A stretch of DNA of 64,000 nucleotides from Isoptericola halotolerans (lineage in GTDB: Bacteria > Actinomycetota > Actinomycetes > Actinomycetales > Cellulomonadaceae): positions 1,116,001-1,180,000 of the forward strand of contig NZ_JABEZU010000001.1 in assembly GCF_013149785.1 (NCBI RefSeq), written 5' to 3'. Position numbers and translations under genes: made by a program. Numbering within the stretch: the stretch's first letter is position 1; the number at the start of each line of letters is the position of its first letter. This document shows positions 1 through 11,058 of the stretch, piece by piece. The notes under the pieces are model-generated. The model worked only from the letters and a program-made list of their open reading frames with translations, was not told the origin of the DNA and made no database searches.

Positions 1-231
1 CGCTACGTCGACGACGGCGGCACGGTCGTCGTGTCCAGCCACGTGATGGACCTGGTGCAGCGGATGTGCTCGCACGTCGCGATCATCGCCGGCGGGCACG
101 TGCTGGACGTCGGGACCGTCGACGCGGTCCGCGGTGAGCAGTCCCTGGAGGACCGGTTCGTCGACCTCGTCGGTGGGCGCAAGGGATCGGAGGGGCTGGA
201 ATGGTTGCGCACTTCGTCCGGCTCAAGCTGA
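1..231 (+). CDS. ABC transporter ATP-binding protein, C-terminal part (truncated by window edge)
   Basis: Frame 1 reads RYVDDGGTVVVSSHVMDLVQRMCSHVAIIAGG, containing the H-loop 'SSH', and ends with 'LEDRFVDLV'; overlaps the following permease. Confidence 0.85.
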   Translation, partial: RYVDDGGTVVVSSHVMDLVQRMCSHVAIIAGGHVLDVGTVDAVRGEQSLEDRFVDLVGGRKGSEGLEWLRTSSGSS

Positions 232-1826
232 CCCTGCTCGCCAACACGCTGCGCCGCAGCGTGTGGCAGACGATCGGGCTCGCGGTCGCCCTGCTGTACG
301 GCCTGACCGTGATCACGTTCCTGGTCGGCGCGGCGGTCGTCGGCGGCCGGGCCGATCCCGCGCTGACCGGACAGGTGCTCACGGTGGTGGGCGCCGCCGT
401 CGTCCTCGGGTGGTGGGTGGTGCCGTTGTTCGCGTTCGGGGTCGACTCGACCCTGGACCCGTTGCGGTTCGCGACGTACGCGATCCCGCGTCGGCGGCTG
501 CTCGCCGGGCTGGCCGCGGCGGGGGCGGTGTCCGTGCCGGCCGTCGTGACGCTGCTGGCGGGTCTCGGTGCGGCCTTCGCCTGGGCGAGCGACCCCGTGG
601 CGCTGCTCGCCGCCCTCCTGGGGGCGGTCGCGGCGTTCGCCCTGTGCGTCGTGGGTTCCCGGGCGACGACGACGCTGCTCGCCCCGCTGCTCGACTCGCG
701 CCGGTACCGCGAGATCCTCATGGTGGTGGCGATCGTCCCGTTGCTCGCCGTCGGACCGTTCTTCGCCTGGTTGGGGTCGAGCGCCGACAGACAGGTGGAC
801 GGCTCCGGGGTGACGGTCACGACGACCGGTCCCGGCGAGGAGCTGCTCTCCGGGATCACCACGCTGGCCGGCATCGCCTCGTGGACGCCGTTCGGTGCGC
901 CGTGGGCGCTCGCCGGTGCTGTGCACGACGGCGCGTGGCCGGCCGCCCTCGCCCGGCTCGCCGTCGTCGTCGTCACCCTGGCGGCCGCGGTGGTCGTGTG
1001 GGACCGTTCGCTCGCGCGCACGCTCGTGACGCCGCGGGGTGACGGCGCGGCCACGGCCTCCCGGCGGGGCCTGGGCTGGTTCGCCCGCGTGCCCGCCACG
1101 CCGACGGGTGCCGTGGCCGCACGCTGCGCCACGTACTGGGTCCGCGACCCCCGGTACGCCGCGAGCCTCGCGCTGGTGCCACTGCTGCCGGTCGTGCTGG
1201 TCGCCGTCGCGCTGAGCAGCGGGGCGGGCACGGAGCTGTTCCTGGTGGTGGCGCCGACCGCTGCGTTCATCCTGGGGATCGGGCTGTCGAACGACGTCGG
1301 TTACGACAACACCGCCTTCGCCCTGCACGTCGCGGCCGGCGTCCCGGGCCGCGCAGACCGCTGGGGTCGGGTGATCCCGGTCGCGGTCGTGGGTGTCCCC
1401 CTCGTGGTGGCGTTCGCCGTCGCGGCGGTGCTGGTCTCAGGGCGCTGGGACGCCTTGCCGGCCGTGCTGGGCACGAGCCTGGGTGTGCTGGGTGTCGGTG
1501 TGGGTGTGTCGAGCGTGGCGTCGGCACGCCTGGTCTACCCCGTGCCGAAGCCGGGGGAGAGCGCGTTCAAGACACCGCAGGGCGCGACCGTGGCCACGAT
1601 GGTGGCGCAGGCGGTGGCGTTCGCGATCGTGGCGGTCCTCACGGCTCCGACCGTCGTCCTGGCGCTGCTGGGCCTGTTCGGCGTCGGGTCGGGCTACGGG
1701 TGGGCCGCGCTCGCCGTGGGGCTGGTCAGCGCCGTCGTGGCCCTCGTGGTGGGTGTGCGGTGGGGCGCCCGGGTGTACGAACGACGCCAGCCGGAGCTGT
1801 TGGCACAGGTCACGGCGTTCTCCTGA
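201..1826 (+). CDS. ABC-2 type exporter permease (multi-pass membrane protein)
   Basis: 541 aa, many hydrophobic helices, GGAGG RBS upstream, follows ABC ATPase. Confidence 0.8.
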   Translation: MVAHFVRLKLTLLANTLRRSVWQTIGLAVALLYGLTVITFLVGAAVVGGRADPALTGQVLTVVGAAVVLGWWVVPLFAFGVDSTLDPLRFATYAIPRRRLLAGLAAAGAVSVPAVVTLLAGLGAAFAWASDPVALLAALLGAVAAFALCVVGSRATTTLLAPLLDSRRYREILMVVAIVPLLAVGPFFAWLGSSADRQVDGSGVTVTTTGPGEELLSGITTLAGIASWTPFGAPWALAGAVHDGAWPAALARLAVVVVTLAAAVVVWDRSLARTLVTPRGDGAATASRRGLGWFARVPATPTGAVAARCATYWVRDPRYAASLALVPLLPVVLVAVALSSGAGTELFLVVAPTAAFILGIGLSNDVGYDNTAFALHVAAGVPGRADRWGRVIPVAVVGVPLVVAFAVAAVLVSGRWDALPAVLGTSLGVLGVGVGVSSVASARLVYPVPKPGESAFKTPQGATVATMVAQAVAFAIVAVLTAPTVVLALLGLFGVGSGYGWAALAVGLVSAVVALVVGVRWGARVYERRQPELLAQVTAFS

Positions 1827-1874
1827 CGCACCCCGCACCCGGGCGTGTCGCGGGGACCTGCGAGACTGGTCGGC

Positions 1875-2924
1875 GTGAATCCACCGAACGACCGCACGTC
1901 CGTGACACCTCCCGACGGGTGGACGGCGGTGGTTCCCGGCCTGGCGGACGTACCGCGGCTCGGTGAGCTGAGGGGACGTCACGCTGCTCCGTTCACCGGA
2001 TCGGCCGCCTACGACACCGCGGCGATCGAGTCGGAGGTGGCCGGGGCGGCGTCGTGGACCCGGCGGCAGATCGTCCTGAAGGACACCGACGGCGTGATCC
2101 GTGCCTGGGCGCACGCCCACGACCGGGCCGCGGGGCGCACCGTCATCGGCGTCGACGTCGACCGGACGACCGAGGCGCGGACGCAGGGAGCGCTGGCCCG
2201 CTGGTGCTTCGCGTGGCTGGCCGACGTCGGCCGCGAGCTGGCCGTCCAGCGCGACGTGGCGGTCACGCAGCTCGACGCCGGTGCCTACGCGGGGGACGAC
2301 GCGCAGAAGGGCTGGCTCGCGGACGCCGGCTTCGCCCACGTCCGCACCTGGTGGCAGATGTCCCGGCCGGTCGCTCCGGGGGAGGCAGAGCCGGGCGCCC
2401 TGCCGGGACCCAAGGCCGGGGTCACCGTGCGCCAGGTCGCCCGTCATGACAACGGGATGCCGGTCGCCGAGGATCTCAACACCGTGCACCGGGTGCTCGA
2501 GGAGGCGTTCGCCGACCACTTCAACTCCTACTCCGAGAGCTTCGCCGAGTTCGCCCAGCGGCTGCGCGAGGACCCTGGGCACCGCTGGGACCACTGGTGG
2601 CTGGCCTTCATGGACGACCCGCAGGAGCCCGCCGCCGAGCCCGTGGTGGCAGGTGCGCTCGTCGGGTCGCAGACCGCGCCGGACGAGGCCGGCGTCCGCG
2701 GCAGCTATGTCGACTACCTCGGTGCGGTGCAGCAGGCCCGGGGGCGCGGGGTGGCGACCGCTCTGCTGCACGCCGTGGTCGCCGACGCCGCGGCCCGAGG
2801 GCGCAACCGCGTCGGGCTCGAGGTCGACGCGGACAGCCCGACGGGCGCCGAGGCCCTCTACGTCCACCTGGGCTGGCGCACGAAGTACACCACCGAGTCC
2901 TGGCACCGCGACCTGACGATCTGA
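1875..2924 (+). CDS. GNAT family N-acetyltransferase (tandem GNAT domains)
   Basis: Acetyl-CoA motif LGAVQQARGRGVATALL, then LEVDADSPTGAEALYVHLGW; start uncertain (GTG 1875 or 1902). Confidence 0.85.
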   Translation: MNPPNDRTSVTPPDGWTAVVPGLADVPRLGELRGRHAAPFTGSAAYDTAAIESEVAGAASWTRRQIVLKDTDGVIRAWAHAHDRAAGRTVIGVDVDRTTEARTQGALARWCFAWLADVGRELAVQRDVAVTQLDAGAYAGDDAQKGWLADAGFAHVRTWWQMSRPVAPGEAEPGALPGPKAGVTVRQVARHDNGMPVAEDLNTVHRVLEEAFADHFNSYSESFAEFAQRLREDPGHRWDHWWLAFMDDPQEPAAEPVVAGALVGSQTAPDEAGVRGSYVDYLGAVQQARGRGVATALLHAVVADAAARGRNRVGLEVDADSPTGAEALYVHLGWRTKYTTESWHRDLTI

Positions 2925-2980
2925 GCGCCGGGCCGCGGCCCGGGGGCCGGCGGTCGGACCGGTGCGTAGACTGGGCCGAC

Positions 2981-4066
<1,086 letters not shown>

Positions 4067-4235
4067 CCCGTCCTCGATCGCGCAGCTCGTCGCGCGGTAC
4101 AGGGTCGACGTCGGAGCCGGACGGGGCCGGGGTGGACGGGAAAATCCGTTGCGGCGCGGCCGTGCCCCCTGGCACCGTCGCCGGCATGACCTCTCCTGCG
4201 CGTGCACGCCCCTCGGGTGGCGGGTCGGTGGCGCC

Positions 4236-4451
4236 GTGAGCCTGGAGCAGGACCCCTTCGAGCACCGCGTGACCAAGGACGGTCGGGTGCTCGTGAACCG
4301 GGGCGGGGTGCAGGTGGCCGTCGTCGCCGGTGCGCGGGCGGACCGGCTCGTGTCCCTCCTCGGCCAGGACCACGACCGGGACCAGGAGCTCCTCGCGAGG
4401 GCGACGGGCAACTACCGCCGTGGCAACGAACGCACCCGGCGCCGTCCCTGA
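4236..4451 (+). CDS. Small conserved hypothetical protein (71 aa)
   Basis: GTG start, host-like codon usage, DPFEHRVTKDGRVLV...LLARATGNYRRGNER resembles a widespread uncharacterised family; followed by a hairpin and T-run. Confidence 0.7.
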   Translation: MSLEQDPFEHRVTKDGRVLVNRGGVQVAVVAGARADRLVSLLGQDHDRDQELLARATGNYRRGNERTRRRP

Positions 4452-4468
4452 GCCCGCCCCGGCTTTTC
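4451..4468 (+). terminator. Possible intrinsic terminator
   Basis: agcc-cgcccc-ggct short hairpin followed by T-run directly after the stop codon. Confidence 0.4.
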
Positions 4469-4757
4469 GTGAGACATTTCCTGTTCCATAACCTCGTTAT
4501 ATAGAGGTCGTGTGATGGAACTGAAACCTGTGTTTCGCCCGTGTTCCGATGCAACCGGCCAAATCGTCCACCATGCTTCTCCGCAGTCTCAGATCGGTAA
4601 CAATCGCCCTGCATTTCAACCGGCGGGTGAATTGCGGCACCCACGGCTGGGTACGGTGTGGCGAACACCACGGACCTCCCGAGGGTGAGACCGGACACAG
4701 CCAGCTGGCGTGACGGGCGAGCACGTCGGGGGGTCCTTCCCCTTGAGGAGGATCCCA

Positions 4758-6584
4758 GTGAAGATGAGGCGAGCAAGCGCAGCCGTCGCGGTCGTCGCGA
4801 CCGGCGCCCTGCTGTTCTCGGCGTGCTCGAGCCCTGCGGCCGACAACGAGGAGCCGGAGACCGAGGAGACCACCACCGAGTCGGCGTCCGTCGACCCGGG
4901 TGAGCCGTGCAAGCCGGATCTCGGCATCACGGAGACCGCTGACGGCGAGATCAAGTACTCCGTCGGCGAGGACGAGTTCCTCGGCTACAACACGCTGACA
5001 CCCGAGACGTACTCCACGTACAACAGCGCCGTGACCGAGCGGATGCACACCGGGTTCTGGTACTTCGGCGTCGACGGCACCATCTGCCGCGACGAGACCT
5101 TCGGGACCTACGAGGCCATCTCCGAGGACCCGCTGCAGGTGCAGTACACGATCGCCGACGACGCCGTCTGGTCGGACGGCACGCCGATCACCTACGCCGA
5201 CTTCCTGCTCGAGTGGGCGACGAAGGCCATCACCGCCGACGGCACCGTGACCGAGGACGGCTCCGAGGACCCGCTGTTCAACAGCGTCTCCGGCCTCACG
5301 CTGGGTGACTACACGCCCGACGGCCCGCAGGCGGACTCCGCGGACGCCAAGTCGTTCCAGTACGACTACGAGACGGTCTACGCCGACTGGGAGATCGTCA
5401 TCGAGGCGCCCCTCCCGGCGCACGTGGTCGCCGAGCAGGCCGGGGTCTCCACCGAGGAGCTCGTGACCGCCATCCAGGAGCTCGACATGGAGGTCCTGGA
5501 GCCCGCCGCCGAGTTCTGGTCCACGGGATGGCTGTCGAGCCCCGGCGAGCTGCCGGACCCGGCGCTGGTGCCCTCCTCCGGTCCGTACACCTTCAAGGAG
5601 GACGGCTGGGTCGCCGGTCAGTCGATCACCCTGACGGCCAACGAGAGCTACTGGGGCGCGCCCGCGGCGACGCGGGAGCTGACCTTCCGGTTCGCCGCGG
5701 CGGACACCCACGTCCAGGCGCTGCAGAACGGTGACCTCAACGTCATCGAGCCGCAGGCCACGGTCGACACCGTGACGCAGCTGGAGCAGCTCGGCGAGGC
5801 GGTGACCGTCACGACCGGTCAGACGCTCACGTGGGAGCACCTCGACTTCAACTTCAACAACGGCGTGTTCTCCGACAGCCTCGAGGCGCGTGAGGCGTTC
5901 GCCTACTGCGTGCCGCGCCAGAAGATCGTCGACGACCTGATCAAGCCGATCGACGATTCGGCCGTGGTGATGAACGCTCGTGAGGTCTTCCCGTTCCAGA
6001 CGGAGAAGTACGACGAGGTCGTCGCCGAGTCCTACGACGGCCGCTACGACGAGGTGGACCTCGACCTGGCCGCGGAGAAGTTCGCCGCCGCCGGTCTCGA
6101 GGAGGGTACCGAGGTCCGCATCGGCTACTCGGCCCCGAACCCGCGTCGCGCGGACCAGGTCAGCTCCATCAAGGCCTCGTGCGACCAGGTGGGCTTCGAG
6201 GTCGTCGACGCCGGTTCGCCGGACTTCTTCGACCAGGACCTGCCGAACGGTGACTACGAGGTGGCGATGTTCGCCTGGGCCGGCTCGGGCCAGAAGGCCT
6301 CGGGTCAGAACATCTACGCGACGAACCAGCCGCAGAACTACGGCGGCTACTCCGACGAGGTCGTCGACGAGGCGTGGAACACGCTCGCCTCGACCGCTGA
6401 CGAGACGGTGCACCTCGAGCAGACCAAGGTGATCGAGAAGCAGCTGTGGGACACCCTGTTCGGCATCCCGCTGTACGCTCACCCGGGCGTCGGGGCGTTC
6501 AGCTCCGACCTCGAGAACGTGCGGGACACCGCTGCCCAGTCGGGCATCGTGTGGAGCTCCGAGCAGTGGTCTCGCGCCTCCTGA
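4758..6584 (+). CDS. ABC transporter family 5 (peptide/nickel) substrate-binding lipoprotein
   Basis: GAGGAGG RBS, lipobox LFSAC, WSDGTPITYADF, SGPYTF motifs; upstream of OppB/C/DF-type genes. Confidence 0.92.
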   Translation: MKMRRASAAVAVVATGALLFSACSSPAADNEEPETEETTTESASVDPGEPCKPDLGITETADGEIKYSVGEDEFLGYNTLTPETYSTYNSAVTERMHTGFWYFGVDGTICRDETFGTYEAISEDPLQVQYTIADDAVWSDGTPITYADFLLEWATKAITADGTVTEDGSEDPLFNSVSGLTLGDYTPDGPQADSADAKSFQYDYETVYADWEIVIEAPLPAHVVAEQAGVSTEELVTAIQELDMEVLEPAAEFWSTGWLSSPGELPDPALVPSSGPYTFKEDGWVAGQSITLTANESYWGAPAATRELTFRFAAADTHVQALQNGDLNVIEPQATVDTVTQLEQLGEAVTVTTGQTLTWEHLDFNFNNGVFSDSLEAREAFAYCVPRQKIVDDLIKPIDDSAVVMNAREVFPFQTEKYDEVVAESYDGRYDEVDLDLAAEKFAAAGLEEGTEVRIGYSAPNPRRADQVSSIKASCDQVGFEVVDAGSPDFFDQDLPNGDYEVAMFAWAGSGQKASGQNIYATNQPQNYGGYSDEVVDEAWNTLASTADETVHLEQTKVIEKQLWDTLFGIPLYAHPGVGAFSSDLENVRDTAAQSGIVWSSEQWSRAS

Positions 6585-6600
6585 CGAGCTGACGCACCGG

Positions 6601-6635
6601 CCGTGGGGCAGGGAGCATGTCTCCCTGCCCCACGG
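6601..6635 (+). terminator. Stem-loop after the substrate-binding gene
   Basis: Perfect 15-bp stem ccgtggggcagggag / ctccctgccccacgg with 5-nt loop. Confidence 0.7.
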
Positions 6636-6748
6636 TCTTGTGGCCGGACGACGACGTCCGGCGGTGGCACCTCGTCCGGTGCCCGCGACCTCCGTCCCAC
6701 CGACCTGACCGGCGGCGAGCCCGTCCGCCGCCCGTGAAGGGGCACCCC

Positions 6749-8269
6749 GTGCTCAAGTTCATCCTCCGACGCCTCGGCATCTCGGTCCTCGTCCTGTTGC
6801 TGGCGTCGGTCCTCATCTACTGGCTCGTGACGATCTCGGGCGACCCGTTGCAGGACCTGCGCGAGTCGAACGCCGACAACGCCGCGCAGCTCATGCAGGC
6901 GCGCATCGAGCTGATGAACCTCGACCAGCCCTGGTACCAGCGCTACTGGGCGTGGCTGCAGGGCGTGGCCGGCTGCTTCACCGGCTCGTGCGACCTCGGG
7001 ACCAACATCAACGGCGCCGACGTGCTGGCCCTCACCAGCCTCGCCGCCGGCTCGACCCTGCGGCTCGTCACGCTCGCCACGCTGCTCGCCATCGTCATCG
7101 GCGTCGCGCTCGGCATCCTGACCGCGATCCGTCAGTACTCCGGCTTCGACTACGCGGTGACGTTCCTCGCGTTCCTCTTCTTCTCCCTCCCCGTCTTCTG
7201 GGCAGCGGTGCTGCTCAAGGAGTACGGCGCCATCCGGTTCAACGACTGGATCGCCAGCGGCGACATGGAGCCGCCGATGGTCCTCGGCATAGCGGTCATT
7301 GCCGCGATCCTCCTGCCGGCCGTGCTCGGGGGGACGTGGAGACGGCGTCTGTACACCGGGGCGGGGACCTTCGCGTTCGTCGCCGTCGTGCTGTACGTGC
7401 TCAACATCCTCGAGTGGTACCGCAACCCGTTCTTCGGGCTGGGCATGGTCCTGCTGACCGCCGGCGGTGCCGCGGTGCTCACGACGGGCGTCGTCGCCGG
7501 CCTGGGCAACCGCCGCGTGCTCTACGGTGCGCTGACCACCGCGGTCGTCGGCACCGTGAGCTACCTGGTCTTCGCCGGCCTGCTCCTGGAACCGTCCTCG
7601 TGGTGGACGCTCATCGGTCTGTTCGTGCTCGCCGTGGCCGTCTCGATCGGCGTGGGGGCGGCGTGGGGCGGGTACGCCCGCAAGCAGGCGATGCTGGTCT
7701 CCGCCGTCACCGGCGTCCTGACCTCGTTGGTCGTGGTCTTCGACATCCTCGTCGCGAACTGGTCGGGGTTCCTGCAGCTCAAGCCGCGTCCGATCTCGAC
7801 GATCGGCTCCCAGACCCCCAACTTCACCGGCGACTTCTGGGAGTCGGTGCTGGACACCGGGATGCAGCTCCTGCTGCCGACGGTCCTGCTCACCCTGATC
7901 TCGGTGGCCTCGTACTCCCGGTACACGCGGTCCTCGATGCTCGAGACGATGAACCAGGACTACGTGCGCACCGCACGGTCCAAGGGCCTGAGCGAGCGGG
8001 CGGTCATCACCAAGCACGCGTTCCGCAACGCGCTCATCCCCATCACCACGATCGTCGCGTTCGACTTCGCGAGCCTCATCGGCGGTGCGGTGATCACCGA
8101 GCGGGTCTTCGGGTGGAAGGGGATGGGTGCGCTGTTCATCGACGCGCTCAACCACGTCGACCCGGCGCCCGTCATGGCGTTCTTCCTGGTCACCGGTGTC
8201 GTTGCGATCGTGATGAACATGCTGGCCGACATCGCCTACGCCTTCCTCGACCCACGGATCCGGCGATGA
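6749..8269 (+). CDS. Peptide ABC permease (OppB/DppB-like) with large membrane insertion
   Basis: N-terminal LKFILRRL, EAA-like QDYVRTARSKGL, HAFRNALIP, C-terminal DPRIR; 506 aa. Confidence 0.92.
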   Translation: MLKFILRRLGISVLVLLLASVLIYWLVTISGDPLQDLRESNADNAAQLMQARIELMNLDQPWYQRYWAWLQGVAGCFTGSCDLGTNINGADVLALTSLAAGSTLRLVTLATLLAIVIGVALGILTAIRQYSGFDYAVTFLAFLFFSLPVFWAAVLLKEYGAIRFNDWIASGDMEPPMVLGIAVIAAILLPAVLGGTWRRRLYTGAGTFAFVAVVLYVLNILEWYRNPFFGLGMVLLTAGGAAVLTTGVVAGLGNRRVLYGALTTAVVGTVSYLVFAGLLLEPSSWWTLIGLFVLAVAVSIGVGAAWGGYARKQAMLVSAVTGVLTSLVVVFDILVANWSGFLQLKPRPISTIGSQTPNFTGDFWESVLDTGMQLLLPTVLLTLISVASYSRYTRSSMLETMNQDYVRTARSKGLSERAVITKHAFRNALIPITTIVAFDFASLIGGAVITERVFGWKGMGALFIDALNHVDPAPVMAFFLVTGVVAIVMNMLADIAYAFLDPRIRR

Positions 8270-8314
8270 GCGCGACGACCGGACCCCGTCTGCACCACCC
8301 CATCGGAGCGAGCC

Positions 8315-9223
8315 ATGACTGATGCCGAGACCGTCACCATCGAGGAGAAGTCCTACAGCCAGGGGCAGCTCGTCCGACGGCGCTTCTTCCGTCACAAGGG
8401 TGCGATCGTCGCGATGATCGTGCTGGGACTGGTGGTCCTGGTCGCCTTCACCTCCATCGGGATCGGGCCGATCCCGGGCTGGTGGGACAAGAATCCTGTC
8501 TCCCAGTACGAGAAGGTCGGCACGGGCGCTCCCACGTGGGCCCACCCGTTCGGTCAGGACTCGATCGGCAAGGACTACTTCGCCCTCGTGATGCTCGGCA
8601 CCCAGAAGTCGCTGATCATCGCGTTCGGCGTCGGGCTGATCTCGACGCTCATCGGTACCGTGGTCGGCGCGTTCGCCGGGTACTACCGGGGATGGGTCGA
8701 GTCGGCGCTCATGCGCCTGACGGACCTGCTCATCGTCATCCCCCTGCTGGTGCTCGCCGCGGTGCTCGGCAAGATCGCGAGCCCGTGGGGCATCTGGGGA
8801 CTGACGCTGATGCTCGGCATCGTCACCTGGACCGGGCTGGCTCGGCTGGTGCGCGGCGAGGTGCTCTCGTTGCGCGAGCGGGACTTCGTCGTCGCGGCCA
8901 CGGCCGTCGGCACCGGTGCCCAGCGGATCATCTTCAAGCACGTCCTGCCGAACGCCGTCGGGACGATCATCGTCGCGGCGACCCTGGCGATCTCGGCGGC
9001 GATCCTGCTGGAGACCTCGCTGAGCTTCCTGGGCTTCGGCGTGCAGCCGCCCGACACCTCGCTCGGTCTGCTGATCTCGCAGTACCAGACGGCGTTCACC
9101 ACGCGCCCGTGGCTGTTCTGGTGGCCGGGCCTGATGATCCTCGCCATCGCCCTGAGCGTGAACTTCATCGGCGACGGGCTGCGCGACGCGTTCGACCCCC
9201 GTCAGAACAGGAGCAAGGCCTGA
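8315..9223 (+). CDS. Peptide ABC permease (OppC/DppC-like)
   Basis: HPFGQDSIGKD, ARLVRGEVLSLRERDFV, NFIGDGLRDAFDP. Confidence 0.93.
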   Translation: MTDAETVTIEEKSYSQGQLVRRRFFRHKGAIVAMIVLGLVVLVAFTSIGIGPIPGWWDKNPVSQYEKVGTGAPTWAHPFGQDSIGKDYFALVMLGTQKSLIIAFGVGLISTLIGTVVGAFAGYYRGWVESALMRLTDLLIVIPLLVLAAVLGKIASPWGIWGLTLMLGIVTWTGLARLVRGEVLSLRERDFVVAATAVGTGAQRIIFKHVLPNAVGTIIVAATLAISAAILLETSLSFLGFGVQPPDTSLGLLISQYQTAFTTRPWLFWWPGLMILAIALSVNFIGDGLRDAFDPRQNRSKA

Positions 9224-11055
9224 TGCCCACCCTCGACCTCACCTCCTCCGCGGACATCGTCGCCGGTGGGGACGCCGTGCTGGCCTTCACCGATCTCCAC
9301 GTCACCTTCGGCACGGAGTTCGGCGACGTCCACGCCGTCAAGGGCGTCACCCTCGAGGTGCACCCGGGCGAGGTGGTCGCCCTGGTCGGCGAGTCGGGGT
9401 CCGGCAAGTCCGTGACCTCGACGACGGCGCTGGGCCTGCTCCCGGGCAACGCCCGGGTCTCGGGCTCCGTCCGGGTCGGCGACAAGATCGTCGGAGACCT
9501 CGACCCTGCCGCGCTGCGCAAGATGCGGGGCAACGACATCGCCATGGTCTTCCAGGAGCCGATGACGGCGCTGAACCCGGTGCTGACCATCGGCGACCAG
9601 CTCACCGAGGCGCTGCAGCTGCACGGACTCGCCTATGGCAGCCAGGCGATGGCGCGCGCGGCGGAGCTGCTCGAGATGGTCGGGATCCCCGAGCCGCGGC
9701 GGCGGCTCAAGCAGTACCCGCACGAGCTGTCCGGCGGGCAGCGGCAGCGGGTCGTCATCGCGATGGCGATCTCCTGCGACCCGCGGGTGATCATCGCCGA
9801 CGAGCCGACCACAGCCCTCGACGTCACGGTGCAGGCGGACATCCTCGACCTGCTGCGCTCGCTGAAGGACAAGCTCGACACCGGGATCCTGCTCATCACC
9901 CACAACATGGGCGTGGTGGCGGACATGGCCGACCGGGTCGCCGTCATGCTCAAGGGCGACCTCGTCGAGACGGGGACCGCGGAGCAGGTGCTGACGAACC
10001 CGCAGCACGAGTACACCCGGCGCCTTCTGGGCGCCGTGCCCCACCTCGGCGAGGGCTCCGGGCAGAGCGACGAGGGCGTGCGTGCCTCCGTCGAGAAGGA
10101 GAAGGTCGACGCGGCGGTCCCGGCGCTCGAGCTGGACAACCTCGTCATCGAGTACCACCGCCTGGGCAAGCCGCCGTTCCGGGCGGTCGACGACGTCTCG
10201 TTCACCGTCGGACCCGGCGAGATCGTGGGCCTGGTGGGGGAGTCCGGCTCCGGGAAGTCCACCATCGGCAAGTGCGCCCTGGGCCTCATCCCGGCGGTCT
10301 CCGGCGCGGTCCGGATCCTCGGCGAGGACTACGGGAGGCTGCGCAGGAAGCAGCTCAAGGACCTGCGCCGGCGGATCGGGGTGGTCTTCCAGGACCCGGC
10401 CGCCTCGATCAACCCGCGGTTCCCCGTCGGCGAGGCGATCGCCGAGCCGCTGGCCGTGCACCAGGTCGGTGACGCGGCCTCCCGGAAGCAGCGGGTCATG
10501 GACCTGCTGGACGCCGTCGAGCTGCCACGCTCGTTCTACAACCGGTACCCGCACGAGCTCTCGGGAGGGCAGCGTCAGCGCGTGTCCATCGCGCGTGCAC
10601 TGACCCTGGAGCCGGAGCTCCTGGTGGCGGACGAGCCGACCTCGGCCCTGGACGTGTCCGTCCAGGCCGCGGTGCTGGAGATGTTCCTGTCGCTGCAGAG
10701 CGAGTTCGGCTTCGCCTGCCTCTTCGTCAGCCACGACCTGGCGGTCATCGACCTGCTGGCCCACAAGGTCGTGGTGCTCCAGAACGGCCGGATCGTCGAG
10801 CAGGGCGACCGCGACACCGTGCTGCGCACGCCCCGGGAGGACTACACGAAGCGTCTGCTGGCGGCCGCCCCCGTACCCGACCCGATCGAGCAGAAGCTGC
10901 GTCGCGAGGACCGGCACCGGCTGCTGGCCGAGCTCGGTGACGAGATCGTCGAGCTCCGCGTCGACCCGACCTCGGACCCCGAGCCGCCCGCTGGACGGAA
11001 GACCCCCGGTGCGGAGGGTGGCAACCCGCTCGGCGGAGCCTTCCACGGGGGCTGA
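9223..11055 (+). CDS. Peptide ABC ATP-binding protein (fused OppD-OppF)
   Basis: Two GESGSGKS Walker A, two LSGGQRQR signatures, two DEPT motifs; TGATG overlap with previous gene. Confidence 0.95.
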   Translation: MPTLDLTSSADIVAGGDAVLAFTDLHVTFGTEFGDVHAVKGVTLEVHPGEVVALVGESGSGKSVTSTTALGLLPGNARVSGSVRVGDKIVGDLDPAALRKMRGNDIAMVFQEPMTALNPVLTIGDQLTEALQLHGLAYGSQAMARAAELLEMVGIPEPRRRLKQYPHELSGGQRQRVVIAMAISCDPRVIIADEPTTALDVTVQADILDLLRSLKDKLDTGILLITHNMGVVADMADRVAVMLKGDLVETGTAEQVLTNPQHEYTRRLLGAVPHLGEGSGQSDEGVRASVEKEKVDAAVPALELDNLVIEYHRLGKPPFRAVDDVSFTVGPGEIVGLVGESGSGKSTIGKCALGLIPAVSGAVRILGEDYGRLRRKQLKDLRRRIGVVFQDPAASINPRFPVGEAIAEPLAVHQVGDAASRKQRVMDLLDAVELPRSFYNRYPHELSGGQRQRVSIARALTLEPELLVADEPTSALDVSVQAAVLEMFLSLQSEFGFACLFVSHDLAVIDLLAHKVVVLQNGRIVEQGDRDTVLRTPREDYTKRLLAAAPVPDPIEQKLRREDRHRLLAELGDEIVELRVDPTSDPEPPAGRKTPGAEGGNPLGGAFHGG

Positions 11056-11058
11056 CGG

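Noticed and set aside
1875..2924. Calling the tandem GNAT mshD
   Set aside because: Fold is similar but MshD-specific identity cannot be supported by eye, and the context is not diagnostic
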